DNA from: the human T2T-CHM13v2.0 reference genome, Homo sapiens
DNA: 64,000 nt
Assembly (NCBI RefSeq): GCF_009914755.1
Contig: NC_060927.1
Strand: one strand, 5' to 3'
Shown: positions 1 to 12,910 of the stretch, in pieces
Numbering within the stretch: position 1 is the first letter of the stretch
Layout: the number at the start of each line of letters is the position of its first letter
Notes under the pieces: model-generated
What the model saw: the letters and a program-made list of their open reading frames with translations, nothing else
Database searches by the model: none
What the model was told of the DNA's origin: nothing
Made by a program: the position numbers and the translations under genes

Positions 1-864
1 ATAAGTATAGAAAGCTAGGTGTGTTACTGAATATTTGAGCTTGATGATCTTTTGAATCCTTGTATTATCTGCTTATATGTTTAAAATACATTGCCTATAA
101 AAGGAGCCATAATGGAAATGATAATTATGTCATTTAAAATATCTATACTGACAATGTATACCATAATCTATGTTTTCCCATCTGACTTCACATTTTGGTA
201 TAAAAATGGGAGAAAAAAATTTCCATTCGTCAATTATTTTCTCATTAATTTCTAAAGATTATATTTCTATATGCCACATTAATTTTAGACTTTCTGATTT
301 GAACATAACAAAATCCATACAAGATGCTCCACATTATTGGAAACTGTCTCAACTTAGAGGTTATAGGACTCATAAACTTTCGGAATGATATTTTCATTAG
401 TCTTGGCTCACTCTTCCTTATAATGGACTGTTGCACATTGTTTTACACTGTATCATCTCACAGACCTCACAATTTCCTCCTCAATTGGTTTTCAGATTTT
501 CTCCTTCATAACCTCCGACCTCTCTCAGCATTCCTTCCTTGGAAATTTTTATAATAAATTATAATACAATAAGAATTCCCATAATACGTTTCTATTTTAG
601 TTATTTTGCTTTATCTTCTGCTGCTCCTTATTTATTCTCTCAATGTCTCACTACTCTCTGAATGTAATGGTATACTTGGTTCTTTGTTTTTATGCATATA
701 TCCTTTCTGTCTCTAGATGAGTTTTCTTTGTGTGATTTTTCTTTTATCAAATTATTATTTATACATTTATAGACACATTTCCTTAGTGAATTATTCTCTG
801 ACTCTCCCAAGCTAAATTAGTTGTTTTCTATGCCTTCATCAAATTTAAAAGGGAGACCATACAA

Positions 865-1100
865 TTAGGCTCCTTGTATGAAAACCAAGGTCTGCTACTC
901 ACTTACTGTGTGACTTTGAGAGAATTCTGTATCTTTGTGTCTTGATATCATAATCCACAATATGAAAATACTAAAGAGTCAAATTTTTTGTTGTCATCAT
1001 TCCACAGGAAATATTAACACACATCATGGGGTTGTGGAAATCATTTCATTAAAATTTATTCAATGGTTTTAGAAATATGCTTGGCATATATTAAATTATC
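865..1100 (+). mobile_element. MIR (degraded)
   Basis: Core-like tctgctactcacttactgtgtgactttg...aaaatacta, resembles the MIR consensus. Confidence 0.55.
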
Positions 1101-2084
1101 AATATCAGTTATTTTCACTATTAAAATATTGCCGTCTTTAATCCATTCTATATTTTCTATTTTCTATATTTAGCTTTCTGACTATATTTTAAGCTTTACA
1201 GTGGCAGGAGGTGCTATTTAAATTTCTATCCTTATTGTCTCTCATAGTAAAAAAATGTGAGTTAAGCAATATGTTTATTAAATAGGTAGAGCTTACTGCC
1301 TCAAAATTACCAAGTAATTATTGTTGAACTTTACAATTCACACTCAATAATCTTTTCTTGTTGTAAAATAGAAAACCCTTGAGTGGAATTATTGATTTCT
1401 TTCTAATCCAACCTGTGGTTTTCATGAAGCCTAAGTATAATAAGGAAAGTGCTGGGCCCCATTAGAATATTTCTGGTTAAATGAAGCCTTTTAAATGTAT
1501 TATAACTGTACTACTGGATTAAAATGTGAAAAAAGAACACTTTTTAATTGATAACATAGACTTTAAAACTATTCTATTTTGTGTCATTCCAAATAATAAA
1601 ATCTTAAAATTTGTTAATTTAGAATGTGGTTAACTGACAAGTTTTAGTTTTGTAGATACAATATTAATAAATAAGCTATTGTTATTCTTGAAATAATTTA
1701 TTTAACACTTCCCAAGAAAAAGAGGCAAAAGTACAAATGTAGATATCCAACTTAAGCAGAATAAGTAAAAGCTGTATAAGAATCCCTTCTCTTCATGATC
1801 AATTTATTTCCATGGAAGGCTTTATAAAAGAGTCTCAGAAATAATCTATGGATAAACATACTACATTTCTATTTCCTGCAATACAGGGTTAGGAATGTTT
1901 GGCTTTCACTGTTAGAAATGAATGAGATTAAAGTTCTTTTATTAATAACCCTACAATGTCCTCTAAAGGTTCAAGTGAAAGGAAGATTCACAGATCTCTC
2001 ATTTTAAATTAAAAAGCTAAAAATGATTAAGCCTAGTAAGGCACATCCAAAGCTGAGATAAGCCAACAACTAGACCTCTTATAC

Positions 2085-2652
2085 TGTTGCAAGAATCAGG
2101 AGACCAGAGAGACCACTGGGTGAGACAGGAGGATTTTATTTAGGTAGCCAAGGGCTCAGCAGATTAACATCCAAAGGCTGAGAAAGGAACAAAGACAAGG
2201 CTTGACTTTTATACATGCGTTTGACAGGGGCCAGGTCAGGTTTGTGGAGTGAAACCTGAGGCGGGAAAACACGCTTGCAGAAGAAGAACATGGGTAGTTA
2301 ATCAATCACACTGTGACAGGTCTTGCAAATCAGGCATGTCTTGTGACCTTTATCATCCTGCACAGATGGGAAAACAGGAACTTACAAAATCCTTGCAAAC
2401 TTTCAGAAATAGTTACAAACTAGTTATGAGAGCAGAACAAAGAATGATGGCACGGGGAGAGAATTCCAGGGGGAAACTGATAAGAACTTGTTTTTCTTGT
2501 CCCTGCACTTGGAGCCCATTTATTCGGGGCCCCTGCTAGGCCTTGCAGATAATGTTACCATAGCTCCAGCTGGACTTTGGAGTGAGTCAGCCTGGTCAGG
2601 GAAGGACTTGTTTTCCTTGTAGTTGTTTTTCTTTCTTATATTTCCTGCTTCA
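2085..2652 (-). mobile_element. Solo ERV LTR (probably ERV1 class; family uncertain) inserted in Tigger1
   Basis: TG...CA termini, AATAAA on the minus strand (tttatt near 2134), 4-bp flanks atac/gtac, Tigger1 resumes on both sides. Confidence 0.75.
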
Positions 2653-3018
2653 GTACCATTGTGAATGCAAAGAAAACAAATGTCTTCAACAAAACCAAAA
2701 ATGCTACTCAAGTGAACACACAAATGGTTAAGAGAGTGAAATAGCCTTATTGCTGACACAGAGAAGGTTTTTGTGGTCTGGAAAGAATATCAAACCAGCA
2801 ACAACATTCCTTTAAGAAAAAGCATAACCCACAGCAAAATCCTAACTTACTCTCTTCAATTCTATGAAGGCTGAGAAAGGGAGAAAGTTGCAGAAAAAAA
2901 TGTGGTTCAGGATGTTTAAGAAGCTGTCTCTGTAACATAAAAGTGCAAGTTGAAGCAACAAGTGCTGATGTAGAAGCTGTAGCAATTTAGAGGATCTAGC
3001 TAAGACCATTGACAAATT

Positions 3019-3603
3019 TGTCAGAGGTGTTTGAACCAGAGCAACTCTATCTTGAATAGGGCCTGGGTAAAATAAGGCTGAGACCTACTGGGCTTTACTC
3101 CCAGTCAGTGGGTCTAAGTCACAGGATGAGACAGGAGGTTGGCAAAAGATACAAGTAATAAAAACCTTGCTGATAAAACAGGTTGCAGTAAAGAAGTCAG
3201 CTAAAACACACCAAGATTGCTATGAGAGTGACCCTAGTCTTCCTCACTGCTATACTCACACCAGTGCCATGACGGTTTACAAATGCCATGGCAACATCAG
3301 GAAGTTTCCCTCTATGGTCTAAAAAGGGGGAGGAATTTTCAGTTCCAGAAATTGCCCACCCCTTTCCTAGAAAGCTCATGAATAACCCACCCCTTGTTTA
3401 GCACATAATCAACAAATAAGCATAAAAATGGGCAACCAGCAGCCCTCTGGCTGCACTGCCCATGCAGGAGCCATACTTTTATTCCTTTACTTTCTTAATG
3501 AACTTGCTTTCACTTTATTCTATGGACTCGCCCTGAATACTTTCTTGAATGAAATCCAAAAACCCTCTCTTGGGGTCTGGATTGGGACCACTTTCCAGTA
3601 ACA
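3019..3603 (+). mobile_element. MER41 (MER41B-like) solo LTR inserted in Tigger1
   Basis: Starts tgtcagaggtgtttgaaccagagcaact; ends ttggggtctggattgggaccactttccagtaaca, both diagnostic MER41 termini. Confidence 0.9.
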
Positions 3604-5920
3604 AAAGTGGCTACATTAAACAATAGATTTTCATTACAGATGAAGTAGCCCTCTATTGGACTTCTCTAAATTCAGATCTACATTAACCCCTAACAAAAAG
3701 TCGGCCTGTCCTTTGAAGCTTTGAAGCAAGCAATTGACTTCCCTCCAGCCATAAAATTCCTACATGAACTTTACCCACAGTGGAAAAGAAAGTGGTTTCC
3801 TGAGATGAAACCTACTTCTGCTGAAGATGCTGTGAGCATTGTTGAAATGACAACAAAAATTTTAGAATATTACATAAACCTACTTAATAATGCAGTAAAA
3901 GAATTTGAGAGAATTGACTTCAATTTTGAAAGAAGTTCTGTGGGTAAAATGCTAAATGTAGATCTGACTTTAAGTTGAAGCTAATGCTCATTTATCACTC
4001 TGAAAATCCTAGGGTCCTAAAGAATTACGCTAAAGCTACTCTGCCTGTGTTCTATAAATGGAAAAACAAATCCTGAATGAAAGCATATCTGTTCATCGCA
4101 TGGTTTCCTGAATAGTTTAAGCCCATTATTGTGACCTACTACTCAGAAAAAGTAAAATATTTCTTTCAAAATATTACTGCACATGAACAATGCACCTAAT
4201 TAACCAATAACTCTGATAGAGATGTACAAGGAGATTAATTTTGTTTTCATGTCTGCTACCAAAACATCCATTCTTCAGTCCATAAGAAAACAAGTAATTT
4301 TGACTTTCAAGTCTTATTATTTAAGAATACACTTTATAAGATTATTGCAGCCATAGATACTGATTCTTCTAATGCATTTGGGCAAAGTCAATTGAAAACC
4401 TTCTGGAAAAAAAATCACCATTTTATATTCTATTGAGAACACTCATGATTCATGGGAGAAAGTCAAAATATCAACATTAACAAAGGTTGGGGAGAAGTTG
4501 ATTCCAACCCTCTTAAATGACTTTAAGGGGCTCAAGACTTTATGGAGAAATTAATTGAGGTTGTGGTGGAAATAGCAAGAAAACTAGAATTAGAAATGCA
4601 GCCTGAAAATGTGACTGAATTTGTTGCCATCTCATGATAAAACTTGAATGGATAAGGACTTACTTCTTACAGATAAGTAAATAAAGTGGTATCTTGAGAT
4701 GAAATCTACTTCTGTTGAAGAGGCTGCAAGCATTGTTGAAATAACAACAAAAAAAAATTAGAATATTACATAAACTTAGTTGATAATGCAGTAACAGAAT
4801 TTGAGAGGATTGACTCCAAATTTTAAGGAAGTTCTGTGAGTAAAATGCTCTCAGCACCCCACGTTACAGAAAAATATTTTGTAAAAAGGAGAGTCAATTA
4901 ATGAGGCAAACTTTCTTGCCTGTTTCTTATTGTAAAAAATTGCCATAGCCACCCAAACGTTCAGCAACCACCAGTCTGATTAGTCCATAACCATTAATAT
5001 AGAGGCAGGACCATTCACCAGCCAAAGGATTATGATTCCCTGAAGGCTCAGATGATCATTAGCATTTCTTAGCAATATAGTATTTTTAAGGAAGGCATGT
5101 ATATTGTTTCGTAAGCAATATTGTATACACTTGATAGACTGCAATATAGTGTTAACATAACTTTATATGCCCTGGGAAACCAAAAAAAAAAAAAAAATGC
5201 GTGACTCGCTTTATTGCAATATTCATTTTATTGACATGTCTGGAACCAAACTTGCAAGATCTCCAAGATATGAATGTATCGAAGTCAGGGAGAAGGGTTA
5301 TTGGTGGAGCAATAACAGAGAGGACAGAAGACAAGAGGAAGGAGCAAGTCTCCTTTCACTCTTCCAGCCTTCCAACCTCACTCCCTGCACTCTACTTACA
5401 GATCTTAAAAGGTAGCCAGCTGACAAAGAAGAAATGACATTTGCAGACTCCAATGCTGGAATGATAATGTAAAATATACAAAGATGTATTTGGACTGGGA
5501 ACCCAGATCTTAATAATTCACATAAAATTGTAATTACACAGTTATGCCTGGAGTGCTCAACTGATGTGAGCCTGATGGTAACTGAGGTTGATAAAGGCAG
5601 TAATGACATGGAGAAATAAATTTAGACTATAAAAATAGGAGTACATAATGATAGAGGATAAATTTTAAGTCACCCAGGAATAATGTAATATATCAACTTC
5701 CAATCTTATACAGTCTTTTAATTTTTTTAATGCACTAATTCCAATGAAGATTTAATCTCAGATTTTAATTATACTTGTGAATTACAAAACTGTATCTTAC
5801 TAGTGGAGACTAATGCTTACACAAATGAAAAAGTGACTGTGTAATTTATGTCCATAAATTTATAAAAATAACTCACTGCATCTTCAGACGCATACCATGC
5901 ATGTGAGTGTTTGAGGTCAC

Positions 5921-6284
5921 GGTATTAGTCTGTCCTCACACTGCTAATAAAGACATACCTGACACTGGGTAATTTATAAGGAAAAAGAGGTTTAATAGAC
6001 TCACAGTTCCACGTGGCTGGGGAGGACTCACAATAATAGTGGAAGTCAAAGGAGGAGCAAAGTTACATCTTAAATGACTGCAGGTGAGAGACAGAGCATG
6101 TGCATGGGAACTCCCCTTTATGAAACCATCATATCTCGTGAGACTTATTCATTATCACAAGAACAGCATGGCAAAGATCCGCCCTCATGATTCAATTACT
6201 TCTCACTGGGTACTTCCTACTACACATGGTTATTATGGGAGCTACAGTTTGAGATTCGCGTGGGGACACGGCCAAACTGTATCA
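5921..6284 (-). mobile_element. THE1B/C solo LTR (MaLR)
   Basis: gtattagtc...ctaataaagacatacc...ccaaactgtatca; 5-bp TSD gtcac/gtcat. Confidence 0.9.
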
Positions 6285-7066
6285 GTCATGTAAAAAAATG
6301 AAATAATTTCACCTTTCATATGTAGCTGGAGTCCCAGAAATAATTTTTTTCTCCAAAAAATGCTTCTAGATATTCCTTTGTTTTGGGGACAAGCTTCCTG
6401 TACATTTTTCTTTTATAGTTTTGTGAAAAAAAAAAACTCTTCAATATTGCAAATTTAAACCTATTAGATGTCACAAAATGTTTATCTGAGAAAAAGTAGT
6501 AACAAAATGTCTTGTGAAGTTATCAACTACAATATGCATGCTGTTCACTGAGGTTAGCAAATTCTTGTAAAAACCAGGGTGCTGTCTCAGGAATTACGAT
6601 GATCTCTTCTTTTTGGAGTAACACTATTGCTGCAAATTCTGATAAATTGAGATGGTCTCAAATGGTGAGTATCAGCAAAAACGTGAAAAAGAAAAAAAAA
6701 CCTTCAAACAAAGCATATCAAAAAAGACAATCATCTCTACTGATTTTAAACATCATTCCAAGGCTCAGAGATTTACAGAAAGGAATGAGTTTCAGCCAGC
6801 ATATGGTTGCAGTAGTAATATTGTCATTAAATTTGGGTTTGGGAATACATGCTAAGCATAAACAAACAAGAGCTAACAAGACCTGTGGCCTAAGCAAGGA
6901 TGAGGAGGAGCAAGAGCAGTGGGCAAGTCTGAGATTTTGAGTGACCAGCTTCCAACAGCAATACGTAACAGCAAAATGAAAAGGAAACCACTTGAAATCA
7001 GGATCAAATATACACATAAAACTACTCTCTCCACTGAGAAATTACAAATATAATTAGCACTTATGG

Positions 7067-9304
7067 TGTATTAGTCCGGTCTCACGCCGCTAATAAAGAC
7101 ATGCCCAAGACTGGGTAATTTATGAAGACAAGACACTTAGTTGGCTTACAGTTCAGAGTGTCTGGGGAGACCTCAGAAAACCATCAGATCTTGTAAGAAC
7201 TCACTATCACAAAAAAAGCATGGGGTACCCACCTTCATGATTTAATTACCTTCAACCGGGTCCCTCCCACCACACACGGGGATTATGTGAACTATAATTC
7301 AAGATGAGATTTGGGTGTGGACAAAGCCAAACCATATCATTCCACCTTTGGCCCCTCCCAGATCTCATGTCCTCAAAATTCAAAACACAATCATTCATTT
7401 CCAATAGTCCCCCAAAATCTTAGCCCTTTCCAGCACTAACCCAAAAGTCCAAGTTCAAAGTTTCGTCTGTGACAAGGCAAATCCCTTTCACCTATGAGTC
7501 TGTAAAATTGAAAGGAAGTTAGTTACTTCCTAGATACAATTGGGGATACAGGCATTGGGTAAATACACCCATTCCAAATGGGAAATTGGCCAAAACAAAG
7601 GGCCTACAGGCCCCATGCAAGTCTGAAATCCAGTAGGGCAGTCATTAAGCCTTGAAGTTCCAAAATAATTATCTTTGACTTCATGTCTCACATGCAGGGC
7701 ATGCTGATGCAAAGGGTGGGCTCACACAGCCTTGGGAAGCTCTGTCCCTGTGGCTTTGCAGGGTGCAGCACTCCTCCTAGCTGCTTTCATGGGCTGATAG
7801 TGAGTGCCTGTGGCTTTTCCAGGTGCACAGTGCAAGCTGTCAGCAGATGTATCATTCTGGGGTCTAGAAGATCGTGCCCTTCTTCTCAAAGCTCCACAAG
7901 GCAGTGCCCCAGTGGGAACTCTGTGTGGGGGGCTCTGGCCTCACATTTCCCTTCCACACTGCCCTAGGAGAGGTTCTCCATGTTGGCTGTCTCCCTGAAG
8001 CAAATTTCTGCGTGTACATCAAGACATTTCCATACATCCTATACAATTTAGGTGAGGTTTCCAAATCTCAATTCTTGACTTCTCTGCACCCACAGGCTTA
8101 ACACAACATGGAAGCTGCCAAGGCTTGGGGCTTGCACCATCTTAAGTAATGGCCCAAGCTGTACCTTGGCCCCTTGTAGCCACAGCTGGAGTTGAAGCAG
8201 CTGGGACACAGGGCACCATGTCCCGAGATTGCACAGATCAGGTGGGCCCTGGGCCCAGCCCAGGAAGTCATTTTTTTCCTCTTAAGCCTCTAGGCCTGTG
8301 ATGGGAGGGGCTGCTGCGAAGGTCCCTGAGATACCCTGGAGACATTTTTCCCATTTTCTTGGTGATTAACCTTCAGCTCCTCATTACTTATGCAAATTTC
8401 TGCAGTGGGCTTGAATTTTCCCCTCAGAAAATGGGTTTTTCTTTTCTATCCAATTTTCCGAAATTTTATGCTCTGTTTCCTCTTGAATGCTTTGCCACTT
8501 AGAAATTTATTCCACCAGATACCCTAAATCATCTCTCTCAAGTTCAAAGTTCTACAGATCTCTAGGGCAGGGGCAAAATGCCACCCAGTCTCTTTTGCAA
8601 GGCATAACAAGAGGCACCTTTACTCCAGTTTCCAGCAAGTTCCTCATCTCCATCTGAGACCACTTCATTGTGCATCTCACTATCAGCATTTTAGTCCAAA
8701 CCATTCAAGAAGTCTCTAGAAAGTTTCAAACTTTCCCACATCTTCCTGTCTTCTGAGCCCCCCAAGTCTCTAGGAAGTTCCAAACTTTCCCACATTTTCC
8801 TGTCTTTTTTTTGAGCCTTCCAAACTGTTGCAACCTCTGCCTGTTACCCAGTTCCAAAGTTATTTCCACATTTTTGGGTATCCTTATAGTAGCATCCCAC
8901 TCTCTGAGGTACCAATTTACTGTATTAGTCCTTTCTCAGGCTGCTACTAAAGACATACCCAAGACTAGGTAGTGTATAAAGGAAATTTTTTTTTTTTTTT
9001 TAAGTGACTTATAGTTCAGCATGGCTGGGGAGGCCTCAGGAAACTTACAGTCATGGCTGAAAGGGAAGCAGACACATCCTTCTTCACATGGTAGCAGGAG
9101 AGAAAAGTGCCAAGCACAGGAGGGAAATCACCTTATAAAACCATTGGATTTTATGAGAACTCATTCACATTCTTGAGAACATCATGGGAGTAACTGCTTC
9201 CATGATTCAATTACCTCCAATCAGATCCCTCCAAACAGATGTTGAGATTATGGGAACTACAATTCAAGGTGAGATTTGTGTGGGGACACAGCTAAACCGT
9301 ATCA
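7067..9304 (-). mobile_element. Full-length THE1D element (3' LTR 7067-7339, internal 7340-8920, 5' LTR 8921-9304)
   Basis: Two LTRs flanking MaLR internal sequence; perfect 5-bp TSD tatgg at 7062-7066 and 9305-9309. Confidence 0.92.
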
Positions 9305-10990
9305 TATGGTCAAAGTAAGCTCTAGTATTTGGGAACAATTTTTGATCTTGAGGACTGCTAATAAAATTATATGGGAAGGGCTAAATGGATAATTGGAAGC
9401 ATAAAAGTGATACAATTATATTTCTATTTCAATCTCATAAAGTATGTGATAGCAGTTAATATATTATATCCCTCATGGCAGTTTCAGGATTAGAAATTTT
9501 AGTGGCAGTAGTGAATAAATAAAGACTGAATAAATCAAGATTCTTTATTTTCCAAGTTTGTAAGTAGATACACAGAGGTTATAAACCTGGCCAAGACTCA
9601 AATACATCATCAGAGGCAGAGATAGACTAATAAAAAAAGAAAAATAGTTGACCTCACCTACAATCTATTCCAAAATAGCTACCAAGAACACGATATGTTC
9701 AACAGAACCACAAATCTTAAAACTGCCATCCTGAGCCATTACTCTTTGACATCAAAAGGAAGAGGGATAAAGTAATACCAACTTAATCTTTTATGTGCAT
9801 TAAGGTTACAGCATGTGTCTTACACATCTTCTGATGTTATATTAAATATTTATTATGTAGAAAGCCATCAATGAATATTTGGAGAAAAAAAGAACGAAAG
9901 AGAGAAGAAAAAAAGGACAAATTGGAAGTTCAGCACTGTCAATTCAGGATCAATTGACAAAGCAAAATAAGTTAATAATTGAGAATTGCACCCTGAGTTT
10001 ACATGTAGGTAGAAGCTCTAAGTTCTGATGTTTAATACTCATATACATCCAGTTTCACTTGCAAACTACCTGTATTACCTTTATTTAACATTGAATGTCT
10101 GAAGAAATGATACCAAAGGCATATATCAGAAAAGAGCTAGTGGATATATACAAATTCAAATTTTCTGTACAAAAAATTTAAATACCAATAAATAAAAATA
10201 AATATAAAAGTTACAAATTGATCAAAAATATTTGCAAGAGACATAACAGATAACATGATAAAAACCTTTATATAGAACTTTTGCAATGCAATTAGAGATA
10301 AAGGAAACAAAAAAGGAAAGAGTATAGATTGTAACTAATCTTTAGAATTTCTAAAGCTGTCTATGATATGATATTAAGCACAACAAAAGGATATTATTAA
10401 GCAATATAAAAGAATATTAAGCAATATGCACAGCAACAAATACATATACCTCCTTGCAATAATCTTTGGAAAGATTGTAATAACTAGGTAAATAAACATA
10501 AGCCTGCTTTATGGCATTATTATTATCAATTTCTCTTCTTACCTCTGTCTCTAAGCAAGTAGCTCTTTATGAAGAAAAATAAATAAATAAAACTTTAGGG
10601 AAGAAAAATAGATAATAAAGTAGTTCTAGAATGTGGCCACTTATTGGTATTGAATCAATACTTATAACTCAACTAGACAAAATAGGCAAAGAATGAGAGC
10701 TATATTTAGAGAGGTGTTGAGCTGTAATTGGAAAAAACAATAGCTATGGTGTCAATTAATGCTGAATTCACAATGTATTTTCTCTCTGGCTAATTGTATG
10801 GATACTGGAACATCATCTGCAGTCCCTGTTTAATAAGTTTCATCTAGTCTCTAAGTTTCAGCATTATGTCTTATGTCAGTGTGGGTGTAGGCAGGGATGG
10901 CCATGTATATTCAATAATTTTTTCTTCTTGTTCTTATTCTTTGCACTATTGTGTTTTCTTAAAGTTCTCTCTGTGTGTATGTATGTGTGT

Positions 10991-11358
10991 GTGTGAGTCT
11001 ATATTTACACTGCGATAAAGAACTGCCTTAGACTGGGTAATTTATAAAATAAAGAAGTTTAATTAACTCACAGTTCAGCATAGCTGGGGAGGCTTCGGGA
11101 AACTTACAATCATAGCAGTAGGGGAAGCAATTATGTCTTTGTTTATATGGTGACATGAAGGAGAAGTGCCGAGAGATGCAGGAAGAGCCTCTTATAAAAT
11201 TATTAGATCTCCTGATAGCTCACTCACCATCACAAGAACAGCATAGGGAAAACTGCCCTTATGATTCAATTACCTCCACCTGGCCTCTCCTTTGACACGT
11301 GGGAATTATGGGGATTACCATTCAAAATGAGATTTGGGTGGGGACACAAAGCCTAACC

Positions 11359-11362
<4 letters not shown>
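10991..11362 (-). mobile_element. THE1D/MSTA-type solo LTR flanked by TG repeats
   Basis: aagaactgccttagactgggtaatttata...gggacacaaagcctaaccgtat. Confidence 0.85.
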
Positions 11363-11395
<33 letters not shown>

Positions 11396-11404
11396 TGTAT
11401 GTGT
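11362..11404. repeat. (TG)n microsatellite
   Basis: Seen directly. Confidence 0.95.
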
Positions 11405-12409
11405 TTAAACTATGATTCTTTTGGTCATTGTAGTCTATAAGATTTTCCTTTTCTGGCAGCAAATGCTATGTATATTTTCCCTAATAATTGAATCAATCTT
11501 AATTTTTTCTTTTAGTGTTATTATTATTGCTATTGTTTTAAAAGTCCTTTCAGGATGAAAGGTAGAAAAATAGTTGCAAAGCATTGCCTGTTTTTTTTTT
11601 TTCTTTACATTTTTCTCTGTTACAAATAAAATTTATTTTCATCCATGGTGTTTTTCTCTAACATAAAATTATTTCCCAGCAGTAACATTTAAATAATCTT
11701 AATGATATCAAATGTCACCTAAAAAAGGAAAAATAATGCATATCTTTTTTAGTGTTATAAATTTAGATGAGATAATGTATGTAGTGTACAAATCCAAGTC
11801 CTAGCGTATAATACAGCTCAGATAATTGCACTTGAATATGAGTAGATTTGATAATTTTACAATAATTAATTCATTGTCTTTAATAATTGAGAAAATGTGC
11901 TACATTTGATATGTATGTTTTTGGGGGAACAAGGAAAACTTATTCTTTACTTAAATTCTTTAAAGATAAGTAGGCATCAGTTGTCTTTTACTAAAAGAAC
12001 TTTAAGGTCCCCTTGAGCTTCAGAAGCTACAATTTTATTATGGGAACTACTAAGATTTTGACATATTATGAGATGCATTAGTGAGCTCATAAGAGTCAAA
12101 ATATGCTATCATTACTTTGCCAGTCGATGTGACTAATGATAAGCATTTATAAGTGGCCAGGATAATACCAGAGGCACATGAATGCACTCTCTAATAAACA
12201 CCCATGAGATAACTCTTTCCAGTGATATTTTTGTTCACATTAAATAAAAGAAGCAAAATCTTAACAAATGGGTTTAAAGTTTCTGGACAAAAAAAAATAT
12301 ACAGTATGATAATTACTTTTAACTATACTTTATTACACACATTTCAGCTGATTTTATTTAACAGAATTTCTGCCAAACTTTATAACTTGACAAGTCTTTT
12401 GAGATTTCC

Positions 12410-12910
12410 TGTTGAGAGAGAGAAAAGACTGCCACAAATTCTTTGCCACTCTGTCCATGGAGGAAAGTAATCTTCTTTCACTCCTCTGAATTTGGACAAC
12501 ATGTAACTTCTTTGTTCAATAATGTAGCGAAACTGACACAATGTCAATTCTAGCTAGCCTTTGAAGTGACTAGCAGTTTCTTCATTAGTATCTGGGAGCC
12601 CTGATATAGTATGTAAAAGACAATATGGAGAGACCTGAAATGACCATTAAAAGAGAGAGGTCCAGCTGAGTCTAGCCTTCCAGCTGTAACCACCAACACC
12701 TAGGTATGTGAGAAAGCGTTGTGGAACCGGCACTCCAGTTTATGACACATAAACTCTCTAATTTCTCTATCTCTGTCTTTTCTCTATCTCAGGCCATTCA
12801 GCCAAACCTTCTCCAAATTTTTGACGCCAAAAAAGAGAAAAAATAAAATGACTGTTTAAACCCTCAAGTTTTGGGAGTAGTTTTTATAGATCAAGAGAAA
12901 ACCAAAATAT
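12410..12910 (+). mobile_element. MLT1 (G/H-like) LTR
   Basis: gccacaaattctttgccact... start; ccctcaagttttgggagtagtt...aaaccaaaata end. Confidence 0.65.

Larger units (their letters stand above)
1941..5276 (+). mobile_element. Tigger1 DNA transposon, 5'-truncated, interrupted by two LTRs and internally rearranged
   Basis: ttaataaccctacaATG... transposase start region at 1941-1960. Transposase-like peptide in ORF 3721..3978 (EDAVSIVEMTTKILEYYINL). 3' end tctggaaccaaac...gatatgaatg followed by TA at 5277-5278. Confidence 0.9.

Noticed and set aside
6579-6670. Possible exon ending at the donor-like ATG/GTGAGT; similar splice-like motifs at ~13790 and ~13982
   Set aside because: Isolated motifs with no recognisable coding homology; not supportable without transcript data
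8710-8820. ~53-bp tandem duplication in the THE1 internal region
   Set aside because: As I recall it is a normal feature of THE1D internal sequence, not specific to this locus
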